Assembly (NCBI GenBank): GCA_964387845.1
Contig: CAYLXA010000002.1
Coordinates: forward strand, 64,001 to 128,000
Source: an uncultured bacterium
GTDB lineage: Bacteria; Omnitrophota; Omnitrophia; Omnitrophales; Abzuiibacteriaceae
Direction: 5' to 3'
Length of the DNA: 64,000 nucleotides
Part shown: positions 9,208 to 19,743 of the stretch, piece by piece
How the letters are laid out: each line of letters opens with the position of its first letter
Numbering within the stretch: position 1 is the first letter of the stretch
Program-made: the position numbers and the translations under genes
The notes under the pieces: generated by a model
Databases searched by the model: none
What the model saw: the letters and a program-made list of their open reading frames with translations, nothing else
Told to the model about the DNA's origin: nothing

Positions 9208-10665
9208 GTGGCGGAAAATATGCCAAGCATAGCGGCACGACTTGATCGGGTCGAATTGCGAATCCTGGCTTTTTTATCCGCACAACTCCTGCTTGCCTTC
9301 TGCATTTACCAATCGATCCTCAAGCTCCGGGAAGCCTACTACCGACTCCTTGCATTACATCACATTTCCTTTTATTGCTCTGTCGCGCTGATTGCAATTC
9401 TTTTGGGGTGGTTTGGGTTGAAAAAAATCGGTGCATTTATTACCGGAATGATTGCATCCTGCGCCGCCATTTTGTGCGCCATCGTAATGAGTGAAAGCTG
9501 GCTTATTATTTTTCCTCTCAGTTATTTGTTTCTCTTTTTATTAATCCAAATTGTTGAGAAACGGTATTCGGATGAGTGCGTGGTCCGCGAGGTTGAAATC
9601 GATAAATATTTGGCAGGAAAAAATGATCTAGAGCTTGCCTTCATTGAAAAAGGGCGGGGTATCAGCGTTTGCTTTGAAAAGTATTCAACTTACTATAACT
9701 TGCGCCGCTTGGCAGATGAATTTTCAACCACCTTCCAGCTTTCGGAGCTTGGAACAATCGTGGTGAATCGCACAATCGAATTTATTCAGCGCGGCAGTTC
9801 GTGCTTGTTATTTTTAGCGTCGCATGAGCACGATCAAATTTCTTTAATTGCATCAAAATACAGCACGCCGAACCAAAAGAGGCCGCTTCGAAAGCTGGGA
9901 GATATTCTAGATTTTTGGGTACTGCGCAACCGCCAGCATCTGCTCGTGAATGATTTACAAAATGATTTTCGTTTTGACCTTAGAAAAGCCACAGCGCTTG
10001 AAAATTTGGCGAGTGCTATTTTGGCGCCGATCACGCACGAGGGAAAGGTGGTGGGTACGCTGCGAATTAATTCAGAGAAGCCGGACTCATTCACAACCGA
10101 CCACTTGCGGCTTCTGGATGCGATCGCCACTCTGGCATCGTCGGCTTTGTCGAATGCGCTTTTGTATCAAAAAACAGAAGAGCTTGCAATTCGCGACTCA
10201 CTGACCGGCCTGTATGTGCACCGCTATTTTCTGGATCGCTTGAAGGATGAGCATCAACGAGCATTGTTAAATCATGAAAATTTGTCTCTTCTGATGTGCG
10301 ACTTGGATCATTTTAAAAATATCAATGACCACTACGGGCATGCGATCGGTGATTTGGCTTTGCAGCGCTTGGCGCGAGTGCTTCGAACGCACTGCGAGCA
10401 TGCGATTGTTGCCCGGTACGGCGGTGAGGAGTTTGCCGTTTTACTTCCGCAGATTACAAAAGTCGAAGCCAAAAAATTAGCCGAGAAGATTCGTCAGCAG
10501 GTAGAAACGGAACGCATTGAGATCAGGCGCGATGTTTTGCCGGTCACAGTATCAATCGGTGTTGCCAACATCCCCGACGATACGCTCGATTCGGAGGAGC
10601 TCATCCGGCTTGCCGATACGCGCCTTTATCAGGCCAAGCATGAAGGACGAAACCGCGTATGTTGA
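9208..10665 (+). CDS. membrane-anchored diguanylate cyclase (TM region, GAF-like sensor, GGDEF)
   Basis: N-terminal hydrophobic segments. A-site 'RYGGEEFAVLLP'. No RxxD I-site upstream of the A-site. Confidence 0.85.
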   Translation: MAENMPSIAARLDRVELRILAFLSAQLLLAFCIYQSILKLREAYYRLLALHHISFYCSVALIAILLGWFGLKKIGAFITGMIASCAAILCAIVMSESWLIIFPLSYLFLFLLIQIVEKRYSDECVVREVEIDKYLAGKNDLELAFIEKGRGISVCFEKYSTYYNLRRLADEFSTTFQLSELGTIVVNRTIEFIQRGSSCLLFLASHEHDQISLIASKYSTPNQKRPLRKLGDILDFWVLRNRQHLLVNDLQNDFRFDLRKATALENLASAILAPITHEGKVVGTLRINSEKPDSFTTDHLRLLDAIATLASSALSNALLYQKTEELAIRDSLTGLYVHRYFLDRLKDEHQRALLNHENLSLLMCDLDHFKNINDHYGHAIGDLALQRLARVLRTHCEHAIVARYGGEEFAVLLPQITKVEAKKLAEKIRQQVETERIEIRRDVLPVTVSIGVANIPDDTLDSEELIRLADTRLYQAKHEGRNRVC

Positions 10666-12095
10666 AAACATTCAGCGCATTTTTAACAGCAATCGTTTTT
10701 TTGATAGCGGCATTCCTTCAGTCAAATAACCAAATTGATCACCTTGCTGCGTATACCACCGTTTCATTGGTGGCCACTTTGTACTTGCTGAGCCTGGAAA
10801 AGCGCTGGATGGCAAAAATAATCGGAGGATGGTTTTTGATCGGGCTTGTTATTAAATCAAAAGTGATCGGACCTGTTTATTCGGCCATGCTTTCATTTAG
10901 TTTTGCTTCAATTGTACTTCTTTGGCTGTATTTTCTGACGACTTGGAAAGAAAAATTAGCATTTGTTGATCTTCAACGGAAGCGAGTAGATGACGATACG
11001 CGCATTCTAAAGGATAAATATGATGCGCGCGACGAAAGCCTGTCGCATTTGGAGCGGCAAGTTACCGGCCTGCAAAACTTGTTTGAGGTTGCTCGCGACT
11101 TCAATGAATGCCTTACGTATGACGAATTGATCTTAACGTTAAGCCAGAAAGTGCGCTCAGAGATTCCTTATCGAAAATTGGCGTTGTCCGTGTTGGATTC
11201 TAAAGGGGCAAACAGCAGGGAGATTGTTAAAGTTTTTGCGGTTAGTGATGTCAAAGAGAATATCGGCGATTCACAGCCTCCAACCGACTTTGATAAATTT
11301 TGTTTTAGCCAGGTCCAGGATGGTAAGAAAGTGGTGCAAATCTCTGCTGCGCAGGCTAAGTCGTTTGACTATCTCCGGGAGGTTTCGGTTGATTTTCCGC
11401 TCTGGATTTTCTCGATTTACTCAAAGGAAAAAATGATCGCAACCCTCTCGGTTCAGGGGGCTATGGATGACGATTTCCCAAAGTATGAGTTGTTGGTTTC
11501 GCAATTGGCTCTCCAAGTCAAAAAAATCGAACTTTACGAAACAGTGAAGGAATTGTCGATTGTGGATGGGTTGACAAAGGTTTTTGTCAGGCGCCACTTT
11601 TTGGAGCGCTTTGAGGAAGAATTAAAGCGTGCCATCAAACGTCGTAACCCATTGACTGTTTTATTATTAGACATCGATAACTTCAAAAGTTATAATGACA
11701 CCTTCGGACATCTGGTGGGGGATGGTACGTTACGTGAAGTGGCGGCAGTTATTCGCGAGCACGTAAGAAAAGTGGATTTGGTGGCGCGTTACGGAGGGGA
11801 AGAATTTGTGATTGTCATGCCTGAAATTACCAATCCCTTCAATATCGAATCTGCGGAAAGAATCCGGTCTGCAGTTGCTCAGAGAAAATTCCGGATTTAT
11901 GATGAGGAAACGCGCGTAACCGTCAGCATTGGTTTAGCATCGTTTCCGTCAGATTTGGATGAACCGCGAGTTTCCGAGTTTCAAGAACCGCTAATGCTGG
12001 AATTGATTCAAAAGGCCGACAAAGCTCTTTATCGCGCAAAGGAAGACGGTCGTAATCGAGTGGTCAGTTATCATTCAATTCAAAATAAGGGGTAA
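10659..12095 (+). CDS. membrane-anchored diguanylate cyclase (TM region, coiled-coil/GAF-like, GGDEF with I-site)
   Basis: 'RYGGEEFVIVMP' with the I-site 'RKVD' immediately upstream. Overlaps the preceding GGDEF gene by 7 nt (ATGTTGA). Confidence 0.85.
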   Translation: MLKTFSAFLTAIVFLIAAFLQSNNQIDHLAAYTTVSLVATLYLLSLEKRWMAKIIGGWFLIGLVIKSKVIGPVYSAMLSFSFASIVLLWLYFLTTWKEKLAFVDLQRKRVDDDTRILKDKYDARDESLSHLERQVTGLQNLFEVARDFNECLTYDELILTLSQKVRSEIPYRKLALSVLDSKGANSREIVKVFAVSDVKENIGDSQPPTDFDKFCFSQVQDGKKVVQISAAQAKSFDYLREVSVDFPLWIFSIYSKEKMIATLSVQGAMDDDFPKYELLVSQLALQVKKIELYETVKELSIVDGLTKVFVRRHFLERFEEELKRAIKRRNPLTVLLLDIDNFKSYNDTFGHLVGDGTLREVAAVIREHVRKVDLVARYGGEEFVIVMPEITNPFNIESAERIRSAVAQRKFRIYDEETRVTVSIGLASFPSDLDEPRVSEFQEPLMLELIQKADKALYRAKEDGRNRVVSYHSIQNKG

Positions 12096-12098
12096 GAC

Positions 12099-12758
12099 AT
12101 GAAATTTTTTGTGGACTCTGCAAATGTTGCTGAAATACGCGAAGCGGCAAGCTGGGGTGTTTTGGATGGCGTTACAACCAATCCATCGCTTGTCAGCAAG
12201 GAAAAGAAAGATTTTCATAAGCTAGTCCATGAGATTTGTGAAATTGCAAACGGACCGGTAAGTGCTGAAGTGGTGTCGACCAAATGTGCAGATATGGTCA
12301 TTGAAGGCAAGGCGCTTGCTAAGATACATCCCCACGTTGTTGTTAAAATCCCTCTCATCGTTGAAGGCTTAAAAGCCGTTAAAATATTAAGCAGCGAAGG
12401 CATCAAAACCAACGTAACGCTTTGTTTCTCGGCGACCCAAGCGCTTTTGGCGGCCAAAGCCGGCGCAACGTATATTAGCCCGTTTGTCGGGAGGCTCGAT
12501 GACATCGCTCATGACGGGATGCAGCTCATACGGGATATTCGCGTGATCTACGACAATTACAGCTTTAAAACTCAAATTTTAACCGCCAGCACGCGCGGGC
12601 CTTTACACATCCTGGAAGCTGCGCGAGTTGGTTCTGACGTGGTCACGATGCCGTTTAAAGTACTTGAACAAATCGTGAAACATCCATTGACCGACATCGG
12701 TTTAGAAAAATTTCTGGCCGACTGGGCTTCGGTAGCATCCGTTAAACAAACTAAATAA
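12099..12758 (+). CDS. tal: short transaldolase / fructose-6-phosphate aldolase family
   Basis: 219 aa. '[14 protein letters not shown]…GVTTNPSL' is the typical TalC/FSA N-terminus. Confidence 0.8.
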   Translation: MKFFVDSANVAEIREAASWGVLDGVTTNPSLVSKEKKDFHKLVHEICEIANGPVSAEVVSTKCADMVIEGKALAKIHPHVVVKIPLIVEGLKAVKILSSEGIKTNVTLCFSATQALLAAKAGATYISPFVGRLDDIAHDGMQLIRDIRVIYDNYSFKTQILTASTRGPLHILEAARVGSDVVTMPFKVLEQIVKHPLTDIGLEKFLADWASVASVKQTK

Positions 12759-12774
12759 ATCTCAATTCCGGCGC

Positions 12775-15114
12775 ATGGGTTTCTTACACAATCGTTTCAT
12801 GAAACAAGCTGCCTGTATATTATGGGTGTGTTTCCTTGTCTTTTTATTTCAGCCGCATCTCAAAGCCGAAGAAAGCAACGCGGCATCACAAGAACGTTCA
12901 ATAGTTGAGCCGGATGATTCCGGAGATATTCCCGTCGAAGTAGTCGCCGATGATGTCGACTATTTTAAAGACGAACAAAAAACGATTGGGCGCGGCAATG
13001 TGGTGGTGACTCGGGATGATGTCAAGCTGCTTGCGGATTATGTGGAAGTTTACACGGATACCAAAAAGGCATTTGCAGAAGGGCATGTAACGGTTATTCG
13101 CGCCGGTAAAACTCAAATTTCTGGCGATAAGGGCTTTTACGATTTCAAAAACCACCAGGGGTCTTTCCCGAATTCCCAAATGATCTCGTCGCCGTGGTAT
13201 ATCACCGGCGAGCAAGCCGAACAGGTCGCAAAAGATCAAATCAATTTATACCAGGCCATCGTCACAACTTGTCCCTATCAAGATTCGCATTGGGATATTA
13301 AAGCAAAGCAAGTAGTTGTGTATCCGGGCGACAAAATGATTGCCTGGAATATTAAGCTCCGCATTTTAAAAGTTCCTGTTTTCTGGTGGCCGTACATGAT
13401 TATCCCGCTTGATCAGGATACCGGCCCATTTGAATTGCATCTGGGTCAATCCAAGTCTCATGGCAACTACGCTTTGATTGGCAAAACTTATTCGATCATT
13501 CCTCAGTCAGAAGGCCGAGAGCTTAAGACAAAAGTTCATGTCGATTTGCGCAAAAAACGCGGAACAGCCGTTGGCAATCAACTGTGGTATCACTTTGATA
13601 AAATCGGAGACGGGCATGCAAAATTATATTGGATAAAAGATGCCCGAGCGCCGGATCCCGCCTATTATTCTCCCGGCGATGGGTTTCGTAAAAAGCAGCG
13701 TTATCGTGTTACCTGGAAGCACAGAACTGATTTTGGTCCGTTTACTAATTTAATAGCGCAGTGGAACAAGTTTAGCGACCGCGAAATCTTGCACGATTTC
13801 TTTGAGCGAGAGTTTGATGAAGAGCCAATTCCTCAATCGTTTGCCACATTTACACATAACAGTGACAGATATGGCTTCTTGATTGATATTCAACGACAGG
13901 CGAATTCATTTGATAATGTGCTTCAAAGGCTTCCCGAAATACGCTTTAACTGGCGGGATCAGGAAATTAAGCAAACAGGCGTCTACTATAATTCACAGAC
14001 TCAATACGTGAATTATCATTACATCACACACGCAAACCGGACTGACCCTTCAGACGAATCTGGCCGCAAACGCTTGGTAACTGACGTGGAGTCTGACATT
14101 TCCAGGGCTGACACCTTTCATGAGATTTCTTATCCGAAACGATATTTAAGATATTATGATTTTACGCCGCGAGCAAATATGAGGGTCACTCATTTTAGTG
14201 AGAATTTGGCTAATGAGAAACGTGATTTTAGAAGAGTTTTTGGGCTTGGCGGAGAAGCTAGTACGCGTTTTTATCGGTTCTTTGAAGTGCCGAAGGGCAA
14301 TTTTTTAGGTATCCAAGCGGACCGAATTCGGCATGTTCTTAAACCCACGGTTTCATATTTTGCCAACCGCCTTGTTTCAACGCGCCCATCTTTGCTGAAA
14401 CAATTTGACGGAATTGATGGCATTGCAGTTTCTGACACCATTCGTTTTGGGCTTGAGAATAGAATCCAAACCAAATCTAAAGGCAAACGAGTAGATATCG
14501 TAAGCTTAAATGCCTATGTGGATTACGTTTTTAATAACTCAGAGCGCGATACCCGGTTTCAAACGGGTGCGGCGGAAGTGATTCTCCGGCCTTATCCGTG
14601 GTTCCAACTACAAAGCAAGGCATTGTTCGACATGAAAGCCCATCGCAGAACCGAACAGGTAACGGACGCCGTTGTGAGAACCAAATATATTGATTTCTCG
14701 GTTTACCATCGCTATGTGATGACGACCTCAGAAGCGCTTGCCGCTGACAATAATTTTAGCAAGGAAACCAACGTGGTTGCCTTTAAAGGCGAAACAAGAA
14801 TGAATGAAAGATGGAAAATCGCCGGTTATTTCAGATTTGATGCACGGCGGCATTCTTGGAGAGAGTATGAGTGGGAAATTATCCGTGATTTGCATGACTG
14901 GACAGTATCTTTTGGACAAAATATTCGTCATTCCGAAATTAATTATTTGGATCATGAGCTTTTCTTCGAGCTTCAGCTAAAAGCACTTCCGGGTGTTAAG
15001 TTTTCAACCGGCCAGCGTGCAAATTTCTCGGATGCTCGAATTGGCGAAACAGTATCGGGCGCCAATCAGTCGCCGGCCCCCAATTCACTTTTGCCATCGC
15101 CTAGCACGGGTTAA
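12775..15114 (+). CDS. lptD: LPS-assembly outer-membrane protein LptD (OstA family)
   Basis: Signal peptide, probably starting at M 12799. The OstA/LptA-like N-domain reads 'DYFKDEQKTIGRGNVVVTRDDVKLLADYVEVYTD…'. A ~600-aa C-terminal beta-barrel-like region rich in alternating aromatics follows. Confidence 0.6.
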   Translation: MGFLHNRFMKQAACILWVCFLVFLFQPHLKAEESNAASQERSIVEPDDSGDIPVEVVADDVDYFKDEQKTIGRGNVVVTRDDVKLLADYVEVYTDTKKAFAEGHVTVIRAGKTQISGDKGFYDFKNHQGSFPNSQMISSPWYITGEQAEQVAKDQINLYQAIVTTCPYQDSHWDIKAKQVVVYPGDKMIAWNIKLRILKVPVFWWPYMIIPLDQDTGPFELHLGQSKSHGNYALIGKTYSIIPQSEGRELKTKVHVDLRKKRGTAVGNQLWYHFDKIGDGHAKLYWIKDARAPDPAYYSPGDGFRKKQRYRVTWKHRTDFGPFTNLIAQWNKFSDREILHDFFEREFDEEPIPQSFATFTHNSDRYGFLIDIQRQANSFDNVLQRLPEIRFNWRDQEIKQTGVYYNSQTQYVNYHYITHANRTDPSDESGRKRLVTDVESDISRADTFHEISYPKRYLRYYDFTPRANMRVTHFSENLANEKRDFRRVFGLGGEASTRFYRFFEVPKGNFLGIQADRIRHVLKPTVSYFANRLVSTRPSLLKQFDGIDGIAVSDTIRFGLENRIQTKSKGKRVDIVSLNAYVDYVFNNSERDTRFQTGAAEVILRPYPWFQLQSKALFDMKAHRRTEQVTDAVVRTKYIDFSVYHRYVMTTSEALAADNNFSKETNVVAFKGETRMNERWKIAGYFRFDARRHSWREYEWEIIRDLHDWTVSFGQNIRHSEINYLDHELFFELQLKALPGVKFSTGQRANFSDARIGETVSGANQSPAPNSLLPSPSTG

Positions 15115-15202
15115 TCAAATTGTTAACGATGGCAGAATCCAAAATTCATTTTTCTTCTAATTACTACAGCGTCATTAACAATCAAACTTCGATAAGCCAA
15201 AA

Positions 15203-16495
15203 ATGAAACTATCAATCATAGGATCGGGGCATGTGGGGTTGGTTACCGGAGCTTGTTTTGCCGAGCTTGGGCACCGTGTTATTTGTGTGGATTCTGATCC
15301 AAAAAAGATCAAATTGCTGAAACAGGGCGGTTGCCCGATTTTTGAACCCGAACTTCATGAGTTGGTCAAACGCAATGTTGCACAGGGGCGCCTGTCATTT
15401 ACGGGTGAAATTCATACGGCTGTCAAAGAAACAGAAATTCTATTCATCTGCGTCGGAACGCCGCCGCTTGAAGATGGCGGTACGGATTTATCATCTGTAG
15501 TTGCAGTCGCAAAAGCGATTGCGAAAAGCATGAAATCCTACAGGCTGATTGTGGAAAAAAGCACAGTGCCCGTTGAAACCGGCGAAGAGGTGAAGCGCAC
15601 CATTCGGCAGTATAAGGCAAAGGGCGTATCCTTTGATGTCGCATCAAACCCCGAATTTTTAAGGGAAGGAACCGCGGTACGGGATTTTTTGGAACCGGAC
15701 AGGATTGTGGTGGGGGTTGAAAGTAAGCGTGCCGAAAAAATGTTGCGCGAACTTTACCGTCAATTTCAGGCGCCGCTTATTGTTACGGATATTAAAAGCG
15801 CCGAAATCATTAAACACGCATCAAACTCATTCTTATCGATGAAAATTTCCTTTATCAATTTAATTGCCCGGCTTTGCGATAAGGTGGGCGCTAATGTCGC
15901 GGAAGTTGCTGAAGGAATGGGCTCAGATCCACGGATACGAAGAAATTTCCTGAATGCCGGAATTGGATTTGGCGGTTTTTGTTTCCCGAAGGATTTATCG
16001 GCCTTTATTCATATTGCAGAAAAAAACGGTGTTGATTTTGGGTTGCTCCGTGAAGTTTTGGAGATTAACCAAACTCAGAAAGATTATTTTGTATCGCTGG
16101 TCAAAAAAGCACTTAAAAATTTGGCCAAAAAGCGGCTGGCGGTCTTGGGGCTCTCCTTCAAACCTGACACGGATGATATGCGGTTTGCGCCTTCCTTAGA
16201 TATTATTCCAGAGCTTCAGAAATTAGGTGCTTCTATTTGCGCATACGATCCGGTCGCCATGCCCGAATCGAAAGAGATTTTCAAAGGAATTTCATTTGCC
16301 AAAACTGCCTACGAAGCGTGTGATAAGGCGGATGCGGTTTTGATCTTGACCGAATGGCGGGAATTTCAAGAGATTGATTTAAATCAAATTAAAAAGCGCT
16401 TGCGGAGCGCTGTGATGATTGACGGGCGGAATATTTATGATCCGGCGGTTATGAAGAAGAACGGCTTTAAGTATTTCGGGATCGGAAGACGCTGA
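15203..16495 (+). CDS. ugd: UDP-glucose 6-dehydrogenase
   Basis: 'IIGSGHVGLVTGACFAELGH' Rossmann fold. Catalytic 'GFGGFCFPKD'. Confidence 0.9.
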   Translation: MKLSIIGSGHVGLVTGACFAELGHRVICVDSDPKKIKLLKQGGCPIFEPELHELVKRNVAQGRLSFTGEIHTAVKETEILFICVGTPPLEDGGTDLSSVVAVAKAIAKSMKSYRLIVEKSTVPVETGEEVKRTIRQYKAKGVSFDVASNPEFLREGTAVRDFLEPDRIVVGVESKRAEKMLRELYRQFQAPLIVTDIKSAEIIKHASNSFLSMKISFINLIARLCDKVGANVAEVAEGMGSDPRIRRNFLNAGIGFGGFCFPKDLSAFIHIAEKNGVDFGLLREVLEINQTQKDYFVSLVKKALKNLAKKRLAVLGLSFKPDTDDMRFAPSLDIIPELQKLGASICAYDPVAMPESKEIFKGISFAKTAYEACDKADAVLILTEWREFQEIDLNQIKKRLRSAVMIDGRNIYDPAVMKKNGFKYFGIGRR

Positions 16496-16506
16496 TTCGT
16501 GATGAG

Positions 16507-17496
16507 TTGTTATTTATGAAAAGACTTTTGGTGACAGGCGGATGCGGATTCATCGGCTCGAATTTTATCCGTCACGTATTGGCAAATAGACCTGATTGCT
16601 TGATCACAAATCTTGATTTACTGACTTATGCTGGAAATCTTCAGAATTTAAGCGGAATTGATCAACACCCTAACTATAAATTTATTCAGGGTGATATTGC
16701 TGATGAAGCGCTTGCCGGCATGCTTATGAAAAGCGCGGATGCCGTTGTTCATTTTGCGGCCGAAAGCCACGTGGATCGTTCGATTGCTTCGTCACACGAT
16801 TTTATTCGAACCAACGTGATCGGGACCCAGGTCTTATTGGATGCCGCAAGGGAAGCGGGCCGAATTGAAAAGTTCATTCATTTTTCGACCGATGAGGTTT
16901 ACGGTTGCGCTGAACAAGGTGCTTTTCGAGAAGATGGCCTGGTCAATCCAACCAGCCCCTACGCGGCGTCCAAGGCAAGTTCAGACTTGCTTGCGATGTC
17001 GTACTACAAGACGCACAAGCTTCCGGTGATTGTCATGCGTGCATCGAACAATTACGGGCCTTATCAGTATCCGGAAAAAGTAATTCCGCTTTTTGTGACT
17101 AATTTAATCGAGAAAAAAAAGGTTCCGCTGTATTCTCGCGGGGAGAATGTCCGGGAATGGATGTATGTTGAGGATACTTGCCGGGCTGTTTCGTTTATTT
17201 TAGACAACGGACAGGCGGGTAATATTTATAATGTCGGGTCCGGCGTCGAGATCAGCAATATCACATTGGTGAACACGATTTTAAAAGCCTTTGGACTGGA
17301 TGAGGGCTGGATTTCATATGTAAAAGACAGGCCCGCACACGACATTCGCTATAGATTGAATTCAAGTAAAATCTCTATGCTTGGGTTCCAAATTTCAAGC
17401 AAATTTGATGAAAGATTGCAATATACAATAGATTGGTACCGCCAAAATGAGGCTTGGTGGAAACCGCTTAAAAACAATCAATATACGGTGAAGTGA
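16507..17496 (+). CDS. rfbB: dTDP-glucose 4,6-dehydratase
   Basis: 'LLVTGGCGFIGSNFIRHVL…DLLTYAGNLQNL' and a YxxxK motif. RmlB family. Confidence 0.85.
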   Translation: MLFMKRLLVTGGCGFIGSNFIRHVLANRPDCLITNLDLLTYAGNLQNLSGIDQHPNYKFIQGDIADEALAGMLMKSADAVVHFAAESHVDRSIASSHDFIRTNVIGTQVLLDAAREAGRIEKFIHFSTDEVYGCAEQGAFREDGLVNPTSPYAASKASSDLLAMSYYKTHKLPVIVMRASNNYGPYQYPEKVIPLFVTNLIEKKKVPLYSRGENVREWMYVEDTCRAVSFILDNGQAGNIYNVGSGVEISNITLVNTILKAFGLDEGWISYVKDRPAHDIRYRLNSSKISMLGFQISSKFDERLQYTIDWYRQNEAWWKPLKNNQYTVK

Positions 17497-17497
17497 C

Positions 17498-18394
17498 ATG
17501 TCTTTCAAAATATTGGTAACAGGCGCACGCGGGATGCTTGGAAGCGATTTGGTGGCCCTGCTCAGCAAGCACTACTCGGTTTATGGCCTCACGCGAAAAC
17601 AAGATGATCGGCCCACGTTTGCGGTTTGTGATATTACCGACCGCGCGGATACGATTAAAGCAATCGAGCGAATCAATCCGAAAGTCGTTATTCATGCAGC
17701 GGCGTGGGCGGATGTAGACGCTTGTGAAATTAACCGCGCAAAAGCAATGAAGGTTAATTTTGAGGGAACCAAAAATGTTGTGGATGGCTGCCGGCATGTA
17801 AAGGGGCTGCTTATTTACATCAGCACCGACTTCGTGTTCAGCGGCAATCAGAAAGACGCTTACAAAGAAACCAACATGACGCATCCGGTCAATGTTTACG
17901 GAGAATCGAAATTGCTTGGAGAATTTTACACACGATCTCAAAGTCTTGATTATTGGATCGTGCGAACATCGTGGCTGTTTGGTAAGAATGGCAATAATTT
18001 CATGTCGAAGATATTGGAAAAGGCAAAATCCGGCGAACGGCTCAATGTTGTTCATGACCAAAAAGGTTGCCCGACTTACACCAAAGATCTTGCTAAAGCG
18101 ATTTTACGTATGATTGACCGCCGCTTTGAATCCGAAAAACAACCCATGCTGAATGGGATTTACCACGTCTGTAATCGGGAACCCGCAACACGGTATGAAG
18201 TAGCTTTAGAAATTGTGGGCCGCAAAGGGCTCAAAGACGTCAAAGTTGATCCTGTGGGATCAGATGAAGTTAAAACCCTGGCTGCTCGGCCGAAGAATTC
18301 AACGCTCGATATGAGTAAATTTGAGAAATCGTTTGATTTTGCCATGCGGTCATGGAAAGACGCGTTGGTTGATTATATAAAGGAATTGAATTGA
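17498..18394 (+). CDS. rfbD: dTDP-4-dehydrorhamnose reductase
   Basis: 'ILVTGARGMLGSDL' and 'RTSWLFGKNGNNFMSKILEKAKSGERLNVVHDQKGCPTY', typical of RmlD. Confidence 0.8.
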   Translation: MSFKILVTGARGMLGSDLVALLSKHYSVYGLTRKQDDRPTFAVCDITDRADTIKAIERINPKVVIHAAAWADVDACEINRAKAMKVNFEGTKNVVDGCRHVKGLLIYISTDFVFSGNQKDAYKETNMTHPVNVYGESKLLGEFYTRSQSLDYWIVRTSWLFGKNGNNFMSKILEKAKSGERLNVVHDQKGCPTYTKDLAKAILRMIDRRFESEKQPMLNGIYHVCNREPATRYEVALEIVGRKGLKDVKVDPVGSDEVKTLAARPKNSTLDMSKFEKSFDFAMRSWKDALVDYIKELN

Positions 18395-18395
18395 G

Positions 18396-19727
18396 ATGTC
18401 ACCGAAGCGTAAATTGCCAAACCTAGTGAAGAACTTAACAAAACGTATTCAAACCCGGCAAATTAGTGTTGCCGTGATCGGTCTTGGGTATGTCGGGTTG
18501 CCGCTTGCGGTTCACTTTGCGGAACGCAAGGTCAAAGTATTTGGTATTGATTTAGATGCAAAAAAAATTGCCGCTCTGAATAAAGGCGGTTCATATATTC
18601 AAGATGTATCTGCGGCCAAAGTTCAGCGTGCGGTGCGTCAGAATCGCTTAAAAGCCACTAGCGATTATCAAGTTCTTAAAAAGGCGGACGCAGTTATTAT
18701 TTGTGTGCCGACCCCGCTCAATCGAGCCAAAGATCCCGATTTGTCGTTTATCATCAAAGCAACCGACGAAGTTGTTAAACACCTCCACAAGGGCCAAATC
18801 ATTATCCTGGAGAGCACCACTTATCCGGGCACAACCGATGAAGTGATCTTGCCAAAGCTGGAAGCGAGCGGTCTTAAAGCAGGAAAGGACTTTTTTCTTT
18901 GTTTTTCGCCGGAGCGAATTGATCCCGGCCGTAAAGATTTGCCGATATCCCTGATTCCAAAAGTGGTCGGCGGTATCAGTAAGAACTGCACAAAACTCGG
19001 AAGCTTGCTTTACGGCGTTGTGTTTGAGAAAGTGGTGCCGGTGTCATCCGCGCGGACAGCTGAAATGGCCAAGCTGCTTGAAAACACGTTCCGCATTGTT
19101 AATATCGGCATGATCAATGAACTGGCGACGATTGCGGGCGCGCTTGGTATCGATATTTGGGAAGTGATCGAAGCTGCCAAAACGAAACCCTTCGGTTTTA
19201 TGCCGTTTTATCCCGGCCCCGGCGTTGGCGGACACTGCATCGGGATCGATCCCATATATTTATCGTGGAAAGCGAAAACGCACGGGTTTAACATCAAATT
19301 TATCGATCTGGCACGTGACGTAAATGCGCACATGCCGCATTATGTGGTTGAAAAAACTCAAGAGCTTTTACTGCGTAATACAAAAAAATCAATCAATCAA
19401 ATGAGAATTTTAATCTCCGGAATTACTTACAAGCGCGATGTTGTGGATACCAGAGAATCGCCCGCGCTTGAGGTTATTGAGGAGCTTGCTCGTCTGGGCA
19501 TTAAGGTTTCTTACCATGATCCGTTTGTTCCAAAACTTAGATACGAAAGCATTTCTTTAAAATCAGTTTCGCTTACGCCAAAAATTTTGAAAAGACAGGA
19601 CTTGGTATTGATTCTAACCGATCATTCTAAAATTGATTACAAGCTCATCGCAAAAAATTCAAAATTGGTTTTTGATACGCGCAATGTATTCAAAAATATG
19701 AAAATGGAGCATATCGTTAAAATTTGA
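18396..19727 (+). CDS. UDP-N-acetyl-D-hexosamine 6-dehydrogenase (WecC/WbpA/Cap5O family)
   Basis: Nucleotide-sugar dehydrogenase N-terminus 'VAVIGLGYVGLPLAVHFAE', a central catalytic Cys region 'GGHCIGIDP' and a C-terminal UDP-binding domain. Confidence 0.8.
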   Translation: MSPKRKLPNLVKNLTKRIQTRQISVAVIGLGYVGLPLAVHFAERKVKVFGIDLDAKKIAALNKGGSYIQDVSAAKVQRAVRQNRLKATSDYQVLKKADAVIICVPTPLNRAKDPDLSFIIKATDEVVKHLHKGQIIILESTTYPGTTDEVILPKLEASGLKAGKDFFLCFSPERIDPGRKDLPISLIPKVVGGISKNCTKLGSLLYGVVFEKVVPVSSARTAEMAKLLENTFRIVNIGMINELATIAGALGIDIWEVIEAAKTKPFGFMPFYPGPGVGGHCIGIDPIYLSWKAKTHGFNIKFIDLARDVNAHMPHYVVEKTQELLLRNTKKSINQMRILISGITYKRDVVDTRESPALEVIEELARLGIKVSYHDPFVPKLRYESISLKSVSLTPKILKRQDLVLILTDHSKIDYKLIAKNSKLVFDTRNVFKNMKMEHIVKI

Positions 19728-19743
19728 AAATTGGGGGAAGTGT

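Noticed and set aside
12775-15114. TonB-dependent receptor or generic outer-membrane beta-barrel porin as an alternative to LptD.
   Set aside because: The N-terminal ~150 aa match the OstA/LptA beta-jellyroll pattern ('GNVVVTRDDVKLLADYVEVY…') rather than a TonB box or plug domain. The size and context also fit LptD. A residual uncertainty is reflected in the confidence of 0.6.
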